Positions 17,381-29,222 are shown, counted from the stretch's first letter. The stretch is DNA of 48,755 nt from Polyangiaceae bacterium (GCA_035063585.1 JAPSGB010000034.1:1-48755); one strand, 5' to 3'. Translations and numbers: made by a program. The notes: a model not told the origin generated them from the letters alone.

Positions 17381-20300
17381 CTATTCTTTCTGGTCCGGCG
17401 CGGCCGGCGGCGCGGCTCGAGCGCGCTCGACGGCGAGGCGGAGCGTCTCGTCGCCGAGCGCGTGCTCGGTCGCGTTCGCCGGTTCCGGTTCGAAGCGGAC
17501 GGTGGTCGCGAGGCACTCCTGCCGAAGCAATGGCTCGCCCGCGCGGACGACCCGCTCCAGCCGCTCGCTGCCGCCGATGGCGACGCTCACCCGGTCGGTG
17601 AAGGCGAGCCCGAGCTCCTTGCGCGTCGCCTGGATTCGGCTCACGACCTCGCGGAGCAACCCCTCGTCGACCAGCTCGTCGGTGAGCGTGGTGTGGAGCA
17701 CCACGACGCCCGCCTTGCCGGTGCCCGCCGCGAAGCCCTCCGCGGCCGAGCAGGTGACCTCGAGCTCGCTCGCGTCGAACTCGAGCGGCTCGCCGGCGAG
17801 CTCGAGCGCGATGACGCCGCGCCGGGACAGCTCGCCGTGCAGTCGGCTGCCGTCGGCGCGCTCGAGCGCCTGCTTCACGGCCTGCACGTCCTTGCCGAGC
17901 CGCGGGCCGAGGGCCCGGAAATTCGGCTTGATCTTGAAGGAGACGGCGCCGTCCTCGTGGCCCGGATGCATGAAGCGCACCTCGTGCACGTTGAGCTCGT
18001 CGGCGATGAGCGCCTTGTCGGACTCGAGCCGCGCCATGAGCTCGCCGTCGTTGAAGACCACGTCGGCCCGCGCGAGCGGCTGGCGCACGCGGAGCCTGTT
18101 GGCCGTGCGGACCTGGAGCCCGAGGCTCACGATCTCGCGCACCGCGGCCATCTCCACCGCGAGCCGCTCGTCGATGAGCGCGGGGCTCACCTCCGGGTAG
18201 TCCTCGAAGTGCACGCTCTCCCGGCCGCCGGCCGCGCCGGCGGAGACCACCAGGTTTTGGTACATCTCCTCGGCGAAGAACGGGAGGAACGGCGCGATCA
18301 TCTTCCCGATGGTGACCAGCGCCTCGTAGAGCGTCGCGTAGGCGTCGAGCTTGTCCGGCGGGAGCCCCGGGCCCCAGAACCGCTCGCGGCTCCGGCGCAC
18401 GTACCAGTTGCTGAGCCCCTCGACCAGCTCGACCAGCCGGAGCGCGGCGTCGTAGACGAGATAGCCGTCCATCGCGCGACGCACCTCACGGAGCGCGAGG
18501 TGGAGCTCGGAGAGCATCCAGCGATCGAGCAGCGCGCGCTCGCCGGGCGCGCGCGCGCCCATCCCCGGGCGCCAGCCGTCGATGTTCGCGTAGATGGTGA
18601 AGAACGAGTAGACGTTGCGGAGCTTGACCGCGAAGTCCTTCTGCAGCGTGCGAACGTTCTTGAGGCTGTGCCGCGTGTTGCTCGAGGGCGGGCTCGAGGC
18701 GTAGAAGAACCAGCGGAAGGCGTCCGCGCCGGGCGCCGGGGTCGCCTCGTCTTCGAGCGCGACGCGCTCGTTCACCGGAGCGCGCGGCACCTCGACCGGC
18801 AGGGTGTGGAGCCCGGTGGAGATCGGCTCGAGCCCGAGCGCGGCGCGATCCTCCGCGCTCAGCACCACCACCCGGCGCGGGAGCTTCTTCTGGGCGCGGA
18901 GCACGAGCGCGCGGCGCTCGTCCGGGCGATCGGCGCGGTACGCCGCGATCCGCGCGCCGTCGGTGAGGTCCATCCCCTCGAGATCCTCGCGCGCGACGAG
19001 AGCCTCGCCCGGCGCCGCGGTGGCGCCCGGCGCCTCGGCGAGCACCCCGAAATCCATCTTCACGCGATCCAGGATGATCTCGGGCGGCGTATAGTTGCCC
19101 CGGCTCTTGCTCTCCTTCTTGCCCTCGCGATCGGAGACGTGCCCGAGCACGATGCAGGTCTTGTACGGGCGCGGGAGCGGGCCGTTCGGGAACACGAGCG
19201 TCGAGATCATGAGCAGCGAGTAGAACCAGCCGCGCGTCTGGTCGATGGCCTCGCTGATGAAGTCCGCCGGGAACGCGTCGGCGAAGCGCTCCTTCGAGCC
19301 CGGCGCGTGCGGATAGCCCCACTGCGCGAACGGCATGCAGCCCGAGTCGAACCAGCAATCGATGACCTCCGGCACCCGGCGCATCTCGGCGCCGCAGCTC
19401 GGACACGGGAAGACCACCTGGTCGATCCACGGCTTATGCACGATGAGGTGCTCGTTCAGCGACGGCTCGGCGGCCTTCGCCTGACGGAAGTGCTCGAACG
19501 CGCGCGGATTCAAGGCCTCGATCTCGGCGGTGCTCGCCGGCGCGTGCTTGTGCTCGGGCTCCTTCGAGCACACCCAGACGTTCAGCGGCGTGCCCCAGAA
19601 CCGCTCGCGGCTGAGCGCCCAGTCCACGTTGTTTCGCAGGAAATCGCCGAAGCGACCGTCCTTGATGTGCTCGGGCAGCCAGTTTACCGCCTGGTTGTTG
19701 GCGAGGGCGTCCTCGAGCCGGGCGGTGGTGCGGATGAACCACGCCGGGCGGGCCATCTGCAATAACGGATCGTCGTCCGCTCGCCAGCAGAACGGGTACT
19801 CGTGCCGGTAGCTCTCGGCGTGGAGCATGAGGCCGCGCTCGGCGAGCTCGGCGACGAGCTCCTTGTCGCACGCCTTCACCCAGCGCCCGGCGTAGCTGCC
19901 CATCTCGGGCTTGAAGGTGCCGTCGGGGTTCACCGCCGAGAGCAGCTCGACCGCGTCCGGGTCCGCGTAGCGCAGCAGCTCGCGCTTGTGAGCCTTGTTG
20001 TCGTCTTCACCGAAGGCGGGCGCGACGTGCACGATGCCGGTGCCGGTGTCGAGCGTGACGAAGTCCTCCGCGATGACGCGCCACCAGGCGTGCGTCTCGC
20101 CGCCCTCCCGCAGGGCCACGCGCAGGTCCGCGCGCTCGGCGTAGTAGGTGTCGAAGCACGGCCGGTAGCGGAGCCCGACGAGCTCGCTCCCCTTCACCGT
20201 GCCGAGCACCTCGAGCGGCGCGCCGAGCTTCGCGGCGAGCGGCTCGCGCAGCGCGCTCGCCACGATGAGCGTCTTGCCGTCGGGGCCGCGAACCCGCGCG

Positions 20301-21049
20301 TAGTCGGTGCTCGCGCGCACCGCGGCGTAGCCGTTGCTCGAGAGCGTCCAGGGCGTCGTGGTCCAGACCACGAGCGAGGTGTCCGGCTCGTCCACCAGCG
20401 GGAACGCGACGTACACGCTCGGGTCGTCGACCGTCTTATACCCGAGGCCGACCTCGGCCGCCGAGAGCGCGGTGCCGCCCTGCGCCCACCACCAGACGAC
20501 CTTGTGCCCTTGATAGAGGAGCCCCTTCTTGAAGAGCTCCGAGAGCGCCCACCACACGCTCTCGACGTAGCTCCGGTGGTAGGTGACGTACGCGTCGTCG
20601 AGGCTCACCCAGAAGCCGATCCGCTCGGTGAGCCGCTCCCACTCGCTCGTGTAGCGGAACACGCTCTCGATGCAGCGCGCGACGAAGGGCTCCACGCCGT
20701 AGGCCTCGATGGCCGCCTTGCCGTGGATCCGCAGCTCCTTCTCGACCTCGACCTCGACCGGCAGCCCGTGGGTGTCCCAGCCGCCCTTTCGGAGCACGCG
20801 CTTTCCGAGCATGCTCTCGTAGCGCGGGAAGAGATCCTTGATGACGCGGGTGAGCACGTGCCCGTTGTGCGGGACGCCGTTGGCGGTCGGCGGCCCCTCG
20901 TAGAACACGAACGCGGGCGCGTCCTTGCCGCGGAGCTCGAGCGATTTCTCGAAGATCCGTCGCTCCTTCCAGAGCGCGAGGATCTTCCGCTCGTACTTCG
21001 GGAAATCGAGCTCGGTCGGGACGGGCTGGAACGGGGTCGGAGCGGTCAT
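17381..21049 (-). CDS. ileS: Isoleucine--tRNA ligase, type 2 (long C-terminus)
   Basis: FYEGPPTANG, HNGH, GWDTHGLPVE, WTTTPWTL, GTGIVH, DWALSRERFWGTP, DQTRGWFY, SNWYVRRSR; type-2 C-terminus (KPNFRALGPR, EGLLREVV). Confidence 0.97.
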   Translation of the reverse strand: MTAPTPFQPVPTELDFPKYERKILALWKERRIFEKSLELRGKDAPAFVFYEGPPTANGVPHNGHVLTRVIKDLFPRYESMLGKRVLRKGGWDTHGLPVEVEVEKELRIHGKAAIEAYGVEPFVARCIESVFRYTSEWERLTERIGFWVSLDDAYVTYHRSYVESVWWALSELFKKGLLYQGHKVVWWWAQGGTALSAAEVGLGYKTVDDPSVYVAFPLVDEPDTSLVVWTTTPWTLSSNGYAAVRASTDYARVRGPDGKTLIVASALREPLAAKLGAPLEVLGTVKGSELVGLRYRPCFDTYYAERADLRVALREGGETHAWWRVIAEDFVTLDTGTGIVHVAPAFGEDDNKAHKRELLRYADPDAVELLSAVNPDGTFKPEMGSYAGRWVKACDKELVAELAERGLMLHAESYRHEYPFCWRADDDPLLQMARPAWFIRTTARLEDALANNQAVNWLPEHIKDGRFGDFLRNNVDWALSRERFWGTPLNVWVCSKEPEHKHAPASTAEIEALNPRAFEHFRQAKAAEPSLNEHLIVHKPWIDQVVFPCPSCGAEMRRVPEVIDCWFDSGCMPFAQWGYPHAPGSKERFADAFPADFISEAIDQTRGWFYSLLMISTLVFPNGPLPRPYKTCIVLGHVSDREGKKESKSRGNYTPPEIILDRVKMDFGVLAEAPGATAAPGEALVAREDLEGMDLTDGARIAAYRADRPDERRALVLRAQKKLPRRVVVLSAEDRAALGLEPISTGLHTLPVEVPRAPVNERVALEDEATPAPGADAFRWFFYASSPPSSNTRHSLKNVRTLQKDFAVKLRNVYSFFTIYANIDGWRPGMGARAPGERALLDRWMLSELHLALREVRRAMDGYLVYDAALRLVELVEGLSNWYVRRSRERFWGPGLPPDKLDAYATLYEALVTIGKMIAPFLPFFAEEMYQNLVVSAGAAGGRESVHFEDYPEVSPALIDERLAVEMAAVREIVSLGLQVRTANRLRVRQPLARADVVFNDGELMARLESDKALIADELNVHEVRFMHPGHEDGAVSFKIKPNFRALGPRLGKDVQAVKQALERADGSRLHGELSRRGVIALELAGEPLEFDASELEVTCSAAEGFAAGTGKAGVVVLHTTLTDELVDEGLLREVVSRIQATRKELGLAFTDRVSVAIGGSERLERVVRAGEPLLRQECLATTVRFEPEPANATEHALGDETLRLAVERARAAPPAAPDQKE

Positions 21050-21070
21050 CGTGGGAGAGCAGCGTATAGC

Positions 21071-21520
21071 CTAGAAATTCGCGCGAAGCAGCAGCCGGAG
21101 CGCCTCGCCGAGCGCGAGCGCGCGGGCGTGCTCGCGCGCGTAGGCCTCCGGGTCGCTCGCACGGCGCCGCTCGCGCCGGACGCGATCGAGCTCGGCGGCG
21201 GAGCTCTCGCGCAGGATCGCCTGGACCGCGCGCACCGGCTCGAGCGCCGCAGCGAGCGTCACCTCGCCCTTCCGGTACCGATCGAGCAGCGCGCACGAGT
21301 AGTCGCCGCACACCGCCGGGCGGTCCGGATACGCCGAGCACCTGGTCCCGTCGAGCGCCGGACACGGCAGCGCGAACGCGAGCCCGATCCCCGGCGGCTC
21401 CTCCACCGTCATCTCGAGCTCGAGCGCGCGCGGCACCTCGCCATCGAGGAGCGGCGCGTGGTCGAAGAGCGCTCCGCTGCAGCAGAGCCCGCACTCGACG
21501 CAGAGCGCCGAGCCGTCCAC
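21071..21520 (-). CDS. YkgJ-family (CxxCxxCC) cysteine-cluster protein
   Basis: LCVECGLCC...PCPALDGTRCSAYPDRPAVCGDYSC; GTG 21520 chosen as start. Confidence 0.85.
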   Translation of the reverse strand: MDGSALCVECGLCCSGALFDHAPLLDGEVPRALELEMTVEEPPGIGLAFALPCPALDGTRCSAYPDRPAVCGDYSCALLDRYRKGEVTLAAALEPVRAVQAILRESSAAELDRVRRERRRASDPEAYAREHARALALGEALRLLLRANF

Positions 21521-21677
21521 CTGCGGGAGTCCCCTCGGATGGGATGTCGGTCCGGCGCGGCCCACGAGCCGGAGCGTACTCTCTGCGCGGCGCGCGGCCA
21601 GCGGCCGGCGCGAGCGCGGGCGCGCGGTTGACGGGCTCTGCCTCGTGCGACACCCTGACGGCGCAGGGAGTGCTCGG

Positions 21678-23354
<1,677 letters not shown>

Positions 23355-23375
23355 GGGCGCGCGCCGCGGCTCGGC

Positions 23376-26300
23376 TCACGCGCGCACGCCTGCCCGCCTG
23401 CGCCGGATGAGCGCCAGCCCGGCGAGCGAGGCGAGCAGGAGCGCGTCCTGCCCCCCGCGCTCGCGCTGCTCTCCGGCGACGCGGCAGCCGCAGCCCTCAT
23501 CGTCGACCGCTGCTCCGCTCTCGGGCGCGATGCACTGGCCGTTCGAGTCGCACACGTTCGGCGCCGCGCAGTCGTCGATGGTGCCGCACTCGGTCTTGCA
23601 GATCCCGCTCGCCTCGCACCGGTACGGGCTGCAGTCGGTCGTCGTCACGCCGTCGGCCGCGGTGACCGTGTGCTCGCCGTCGCAGGTCGCTACGTCGCGC
23701 GGGATGCAGTCCTTCTCCTTCTTGCCGGGGGGAGCCGCGCACCGGAACTTCGCCGAGCAGTCCGCGTCGGTCGCGCAGGGCGCCTTGCCGCAGGCGTCGC
23801 CGGCGCAGACGTACGGCTCGCACTTCACCGTCTGCTCGGCGGGGCACGCGCCCTGACCGTCGCACTTCGCGACCACCGTCGCGAGCCCACCCGTACAGCT
23901 CGCCGCGCGGCAGGTGACGCTCGGCCCGACCAGCCCCAGGCACTGGTCGCGGGTGGTGCCGTCGCAGCTCGCCGCCTCGCACGGGCTCTCGGCCGTGCCC
24001 GCCGCGCACTCGGCGCGGTCGCCGCGCGGAGCGCCAGCCACCGGCGTACAGGTCCCCTCGCTCCCCGGCTCGGCGCAGGCCTCGCACTGTCCGGCGCAAG
24101 CGGCGTTGCAACACACCCCGTCGACGCAGAGGTTGCTCACGCACGCCTCCTTCGACGCGCACGGGTCGCCATTCTTCCCCTTCAGCTCACAATTCCCGCC
24201 GTCGCACCACGCGTCGTTCGCGCAGTCGTCGTCCGTCACGCACGACGTCTGGCACGCGCCGGACACACACAGGTTCGGCTTGCAGTCGATCGCCGGCGCC
24301 GCCACGCAGGTCCCGGTCCCGTTGCAGGCGTGCGCCGTCGGCACGTTGCCCGCGCAGGCGCCGCCGAGGCACATCACGCCGCTCGCGTACAGCCTGCACG
24401 CGCCGGCGTCATCGCACATGCCATCCCGGCCGCAGCTCGCGGCGCCGTCGTCCGGGCAGTCGTCGTGCGGATCCTGGCCTGCCGCCGCCGTGTCGCAGAC
24501 GCCGTCGTCGACGCCGGACAGCTTCGTCGCGGCCGTGCACGCCTGACAAGTACCGTTGCACGCCGTGTCGCAGCACACGCCCTCGACGCAGAAGCCGCTC
24601 GAGCACTCATTGGCGGCGCCGCACGCCTCCCCCGCCCCGAGCTTCGGCACGCAGGCGCTGGCGCTGCAGAAGTTGCCGGTCGTGCAGTCCGCGTCCACGG
24701 CGCAGCCGGTCGGGCACGCGTCGCCGATGCACCGATACGGGTCGCAGAACGAGGTCTGCCCCGCCACGCATTTTCCCGAGCCGTTACACTGCTGGCCCGT
24801 CAAGGTCGAGCCCGAGCACAGCGCGGCGCCGCACACCGTCCCGAACGGATACTTCTGGCAACCGCCGGAGCCGTCGCACGCGCCAGTGAGTTGGCAGGTG
24901 GCGGGCGTGTCGGCGGCGCAGTCGTTGCCCGGATCCGTGCCGGCCGCGACCGGCCCGCACACGCCGTCGGCGCCGGTCGTGCCCTTCGCCGCGTCGCTGC
25001 AGGCCTGGCACCCGCCGGTGCACGCCTGATCGCAGCAGACGCCGTCCACGCAGTTTCCGCTCTTGCACTGCGACGCGCTCGAGCAGACGGCGCCCTTGTC
25101 CTGGTCGGGGCTACAGTGGCTGGTCGAATCGCAGTACGACGTCGCGACGCAGTCCGTGTCGGCCGCGCAGGTGGTCCCGCAGGACCCGCCGTTACAAATG
25201 TAGGGGGCGCACGGGGTCGTCTGAGCCGCCTTGCAGAGGCCGGCGCCGTTGCACGCGTAGCCCGTCTGATTCCCGGCGCTACAGCTCGTGGTCCCGCACG
25301 CGACGCCGGACGGATACTTGCGACACGCGCCGACCCCGTCGCACTGACCATCCTGGCCGCACGAGCTCGGCGAGTCCTGGCTGCACTCGTCGTCGGGATC
25401 GGTGCCCCCGAGGTTCGCCGAGCAGGTGCCATCCACGCCGCCCGTGAGCGCCGCGCTGCACGCCTGGCACTTTCCGGCGCAGGGGCCGTCGCAGCAGAAG
25501 CCGTCCACGCAGTTGCCGGACTGGCACTCACCGGCGCGGGTGCAGGACTGGCCCTTCGACTTGTCGGCCTTACACGTCCGGTCGGCGGCGCAATAGTCGG
25601 CCGCGATACACCCGCTGTCGTCGAGGCAGCTCGTGGCGCAGGCGTTGCCCGAGCACAGGTACGGCGTACACGGCTTCGTAGACGACGGCGAACAGCTGCC
25701 GAGGCCGTCGCAGCCGTAGCCCGTCTGGGTCCCGCTGCTGCAGGTGGTCGAGCCGCAGGCCGTCCCCTGGTCGTAGAGCTGGCAGCTCCCCGTTCCGCTG
25801 CAAAGCCCGTTCCTCTGACAGGTGCCCGCGCCATCGTCCGGGCAGTCGTTGTCGGGATCGCTCGCGGCCCCGACGTTTCCGCACACACCGTCGCTCCCGG
25901 TCGTGCCCTTCTTCGCGTCGGTGCACGCCTTGCAAGGGCCACCGCAGGCCTGATCGCAGCAGACGCCGTCCGCGCAGAACCCCGACGTGCAGGCCGACGC
26001 CGACCCGCACGCGCTGCCGAGCGACTGATCAGCCTCGCACGTGTGCGAGGCGGTGTCGCACCAGGCGGCGGTGACGCAGTCCGCGTCGGAGCTGCACTGG
26101 GTGCGGCAGGCGGTCGCGCCCGAGCAGACGTAGAGCCCGCACGAGGTGACGTTGGTCGGATTGCACGCTCCGAAGCCGTCACATGAGTGCCCGCTCTGCT
26201 GGTTCGTGCCGGAGTCGCAGGTCGTCGAGCCGCAGGTCGTCCCCAAGGCGTATCGACGGCACGTCCCGGAGCCGCTGCAGGCACCGTCGGTTCCGCACGA

Positions 26301-29222
26301 GCTGGCCCCCTGATCGGCGCATTCGCCGTCGGGGTCCGACCCGTTCGCGACGTTGCCGCAGGTGCCGTTCGCGCCGCTGCCCTTCTTCGCCGCGCTGCAC
26401 GCCTGGCACCCCGCGGCGCAGGCGCTGTCGCAGCAGTAGCCGTCGACGCAGTTGCCGCTCGCGCACTGAGTCGTCGAGGTGCAGGTGGCGCCGTTCGCTT
26501 GATCGGCCTGGCAGGTATGGTCGCTCGTGCGGCACCACGAGCCGGCGATGCAGTCGCCATCACCGTTGCAGCTCGCTCCGCAGGTGGAGCCGTTGCACAC
26601 GTACGGCGAGCAATAGGTCACGTTCGTCGGATTGCAGGTGCCGAACCCGTCGCACGAGTGCCCGCTCTGCGTGCCGGCGCTGCAGCTCGTCGCGCCGCAG
26701 GAGGTCCCCGCCGGGTAGAGGGCGCAGCCGGTGGCGCCGCTGCACGTCCCGTTCTTGTCGCACGAGTTCGCACCGTCGTCAGCGCACTCGCTATCGGGAT
26801 CGGTCCCGGCCGCGACCGCGCCGCACACCCCGTCGGCGCTGCCGCCGGTCTTGGCGGCGCTGCACGCCTGGCAGGTACCGGTGCAGGGGGCGTCGCAGCA
26901 GAACCCATCCACGCAGTACCCGGTCGAGCACTCCGCGGCGGTCGTGCAGGCCCCGCCGGGACCCTGCGCGGGCTGGCAGGTCGAGTCCGAGGTCCGGCAG
27001 TAATAGCCGCTCACGCACTGGGCGGTCGACGTGCACGAGGTGCCGCAGGTCGTGGAGGTCGCGCACAGATACGGGTCGCACGGAACGGACCCCGGCGCAC
27101 AGGCATGCGACGCGTTGCAGGTCGCGCCGGTGAGCGTGCTCCCGTTGCAGGAGGTCGCGCCGCAGACCGTGCCGGCGGCGTAGTAGCGGCACCCGCCGCT
27201 GCCGTCGCAGGTGCCGTCAAGGCCGCAGGTGGTGGTGGCCGCTGCCGAGCAGTCGTTCTTCGGATCATTGCCGGCCTTGACGAATCCGCAGGTGCCGTCC
27301 GATCCTTGCCCCTTTCGCGCCGCCGAGCAGGCCTTACAAGCATTCGTGCAGGCGCTTTCGCAGCACACGCCGTCGACGCAATTGCCCGCCGGGCACTGCG
27401 AGGCGAGCGAGCATGGCGCGCCGAGGTTCGTGCCCGAATCGTAGACCGCCGCTCCACTGCTGCTCGACCCATAGAACTCATCGCTCGAGAGCTGCACCCA
27501 GTCCGGGATCCAAGTGCTCGAGCCGAACGGAAACCCTGCCGTGACCGACCAAACGTTGGTGGCCGAGTCATAGAGATCGCCATCCGCGCTGAGCGCCTTT
27601 CCGTTTCCCAAGGACACGACGGAGCTCGCGCGGGGCGCCGCGCCCTCCGACGTGTACGACCACGCGTTGGTGCTAGGCCGATAGAGCTGCGACTGGCCCG
27701 TCTGCATCGCGAACAGCACGGCGCCAGAGCTGAGCAGGGCTGCCGTTCGAGGGCCCGCAAACGCAGTGATCGAGGACAACGGTGCCGCCGCGCCGGACCA
27801 ACTGTCGGTCGACGGGTTGTAGCGGTACGCGGACGTGCCTCTGACGCTCAGGGCCGTGCCGTCGCTGAGCGTCACCATCACGTTGCCGGAGCAGCCGCCC
27901 GTCACGTCGGCGGCCGACGCCACCGAATCCGTGCTCGGGTTGTATAGGAAGCAATCCGCGGTGTCCGGGCTATTGCCACACGTGAGGATCTTTCCGCTGG
28001 CGAGCTGCGTCGCGCAAACGGAGGATGGCAGGTCGGTTCCGATAGTCACCGGGGACAGCGTCCAGGTTCCGGAGCCGGGGTTATAAATCTCGACCGTCGA
28101 ACAGTTGTGCGTGGAGGTGCTGCACGAGCCGGTCGAGCGAACCGCCAGCGCGGTGCCAGACGCGGTCTTGTAGAGATACGGCAGATTGCGAGACACGACC
28201 CCGCTGCCCGTCGACGCCACGGTCCCGCTCGCCGGGTCGTACAGCTTCGAGGCCGTGCTCGCCCGACCGAGGACCTTGCCGGTCGAGAGCATGGCCAAGC
28301 GAGGCCCCGCCACCGCCGCCGTGCTCCACATCGGATCGACGAGGAGCGGGCGCGGCAGGTCCGCGTCCCACTCGATGTGGACGGCGCACGACCGCGACCC
28401 GGGCTCGACGAGCGGGCGGTCCCACGGCGCGCGCGGGTCGGTGTCGTAGCGGCAGCCGCTCACGCTGACGCGCGCGGCGTGGCGCTCTCCGGTCGCGTCG
28501 ACGGCGTACGGCGCGTCCATGTGGATGCGCGGCGCGCCGCCGAGGTCGAGGAGCTCGAAGGTGTCGGCGACCAGGCGCAGGCCCGCGACGCCGGCGCCGA
28601 GCGTGGCGTCGTAGTCGAGCGAGCGGGTCGGGTTGCCCTCGTCGAGGTAGACGTAGTCCTCGGTGCCGTCGAGCGTGACGCGGTGGATGAGGTCGCCGCC
28701 GCTCGTGTGGCCGCCCGCGTAGACGACGAGCTTGCCGTCGATGGCCGCCGGCACCGGCAGCGCGTCGCGCGGGCGGACCTCCACCGAGAGCTGCGAATGC
28801 TCTTCGGTGATCGTGAACGCGCCGTCGGCGCGCTCGGCGAGGGCGACCGTCGCGAAGCGCCCCTTGCGCTGGGCCGGGACCTCGACGATGCGCGTGAGCA
28901 GCCGGGCACCCACGTGGTCGAAGCCGTCGATGAGCGCCTGGTGACGGGCGTCGAACAACGTCGTCACGGCGCCGAACCGGGCCTGGATGGGCTCGAGCGC
29001 CTGGCTGGCGGAGGACGCCGAGGCCGCGGAACGGGCCGCGCCGGCGGCCTCCGCGTCCGAGGCCGCGGCGTCGGGCGCAGCGGCGTCCGGCGACGGGTCG
29101 TCGCCTCCGTTCGCGCTCGAGCAAGCGGCAGCGATGCAGACGACCGCCAGAGCCACCCCACGCCGAACCGACCGACCCACCAAGAACTTCTCCAAGTCAC
29201 CCTCCGTGCGCGCCGGACCCAC
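23376..29222 (-). CDS. Giant surface protein: N-terminal domain, kelch-like repeats, 8 Cys-rich repeats, MYXO-CTERM sorting signal
   Basis: 1948-aa ORF; GGGGAGG before GTG 29222 (exact start uncertain); kelch-like LxSGKVL and YNPSTDSW units; C-terminal GCGC-linker-TM-RRRR. Confidence 0.88.
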   Translation of the reverse strand: MGPARTEGDLEKFLVGRSVRRGVALAVVCIAAACSSANGGDDPSPDAAAPDAAASDAEAAGAARSAASASSASQALEPIQARFGAVTTLFDARHQALIDGFDHVGARLLTRIVEVPAQRKGRFATVALAERADGAFTITEEHSQLSVEVRPRDALPVPAAIDGKLVVYAGGHTSGGDLIHRVTLDGTEDYVYLDEGNPTRSLDYDATLGAGVAGLRLVADTFELLDLGGAPRIHMDAPYAVDATGERHAARVSVSGCRYDTDPRAPWDRPLVEPGSRSCAVHIEWDADLPRPLLVDPMWSTAAVAGPRLAMLSTGKVLGRASTASKLYDPASGTVASTGSGVVSRNLPYLYKTASGTALAVRSTGSCSTSTHNCSTVEIYNPGSGTWTLSPVTIGTDLPSSVCATQLASGKILTCGNSPDTADCFLYNPSTDSVASAADVTGGCSGNVMVTLSDGTALSVRGTSAYRYNPSTDSWSGAAAPLSSITAFAGPRTAALLSSGAVLFAMQTGQSQLYRPSTNAWSYTSEGAAPRASSVVSLGNGKALSADGDLYDSATNVWSVTAGFPFGSSTWIPDWVQLSSDEFYGSSSSGAAVYDSGTNLGAPCSLASQCPAGNCVDGVCCESACTNACKACSAARKGQGSDGTCGFVKAGNDPKNDCSAAATTTCGLDGTCDGSGGCRYYAAGTVCGATSCNGSTLTGATCNASHACAPGSVPCDPYLCATSTTCGTSCTSTAQCVSGYYCRTSDSTCQPAQGPGGACTTAAECSTGYCVDGFCCDAPCTGTCQACSAAKTGGSADGVCGAVAAGTDPDSECADDGANSCDKNGTCSGATGCALYPAGTSCGATSCSAGTQSGHSCDGFGTCNPTNVTYCSPYVCNGSTCGASCNGDGDCIAGSWCRTSDHTCQADQANGATCTSTTQCASGNCVDGYCCDSACAAGCQACSAAKKGSGANGTCGNVANGSDPDGECADQGASSCGTDGACSGSGTCRRYALGTTCGSTTCDSGTNQQSGHSCDGFGACNPTNVTSCGLYVCSGATACRTQCSSDADCVTAAWCDTASHTCEADQSLGSACGSASACTSGFCADGVCCDQACGGPCKACTDAKKGTTGSDGVCGNVGAASDPDNDCPDDGAGTCQRNGLCSGTGSCQLYDQGTACGSTTCSSGTQTGYGCDGLGSCSPSSTKPCTPYLCSGNACATSCLDDSGCIAADYCAADRTCKADKSKGQSCTRAGECQSGNCVDGFCCDGPCAGKCQACSAALTGGVDGTCSANLGGTDPDDECSQDSPSSCGQDGQCDGVGACRKYPSGVACGTTSCSAGNQTGYACNGAGLCKAAQTTPCAPYICNGGSCGTTCAADTDCVATSYCDSTSHCSPDQDKGAVCSSASQCKSGNCVDGVCCDQACTGGCQACSDAAKGTTGADGVCGPVAAGTDPGNDCAADTPATCQLTGACDGSGGCQKYPFGTVCGAALCSGSTLTGQQCNGSGKCVAGQTSFCDPYRCIGDACPTGCAVDADCTTGNFCSASACVPKLGAGEACGAANECSSGFCVEGVCCDTACNGTCQACTAATKLSGVDDGVCDTAAAGQDPHDDCPDDGAASCGRDGMCDDAGACRLYASGVMCLGGACAGNVPTAHACNGTGTCVAAPAIDCKPNLCVSGACQTSCVTDDDCANDAWCDGGNCELKGKNGDPCASKEACVSNLCVDGVCCNAACAGQCEACAEPGSEGTCTPVAGAPRGDRAECAAGTAESPCEAASCDGTTRDQCLGLVGPSVTCRAASCTGGLATVVAKCDGQGACPAEQTVKCEPYVCAGDACGKAPCATDADCSAKFRCAAPPGKKEKDCIPRDVATCDGEHTVTAADGVTTTDCSPYRCEASGICKTECGTIDDCAAPNVCDSNGQCIAPESGAAVDDEGCGCRVAGEQRERGGQDALLLASLAGLALIRRRRAGVRA
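23700..27430 (-). repeat. Eight diverged ~155-aa (~465-bp) Cys-rich protein repeats
   Basis: Eight C[VA][DE]GxCC anchors spaced about 465 nt apart; boundaries approximate. Confidence 0.8.

Noticed and set aside
18731..19066. Intein in IleRS
   Set aside because: No N-terminal Cys/Ser and no C-terminal His-Asn followed by Cys/Ser/Thr
16685..19765. 1026-aa plus-strand ORF
   Set aside because: Antisense shadow of ileS with low-information Arg/Ala/Leu sequence caused by high GC
21050..21070. T-box or other leader element for ileS
   Set aside because: Only 21 nt separate ileS from the upstream gene, leaving no room
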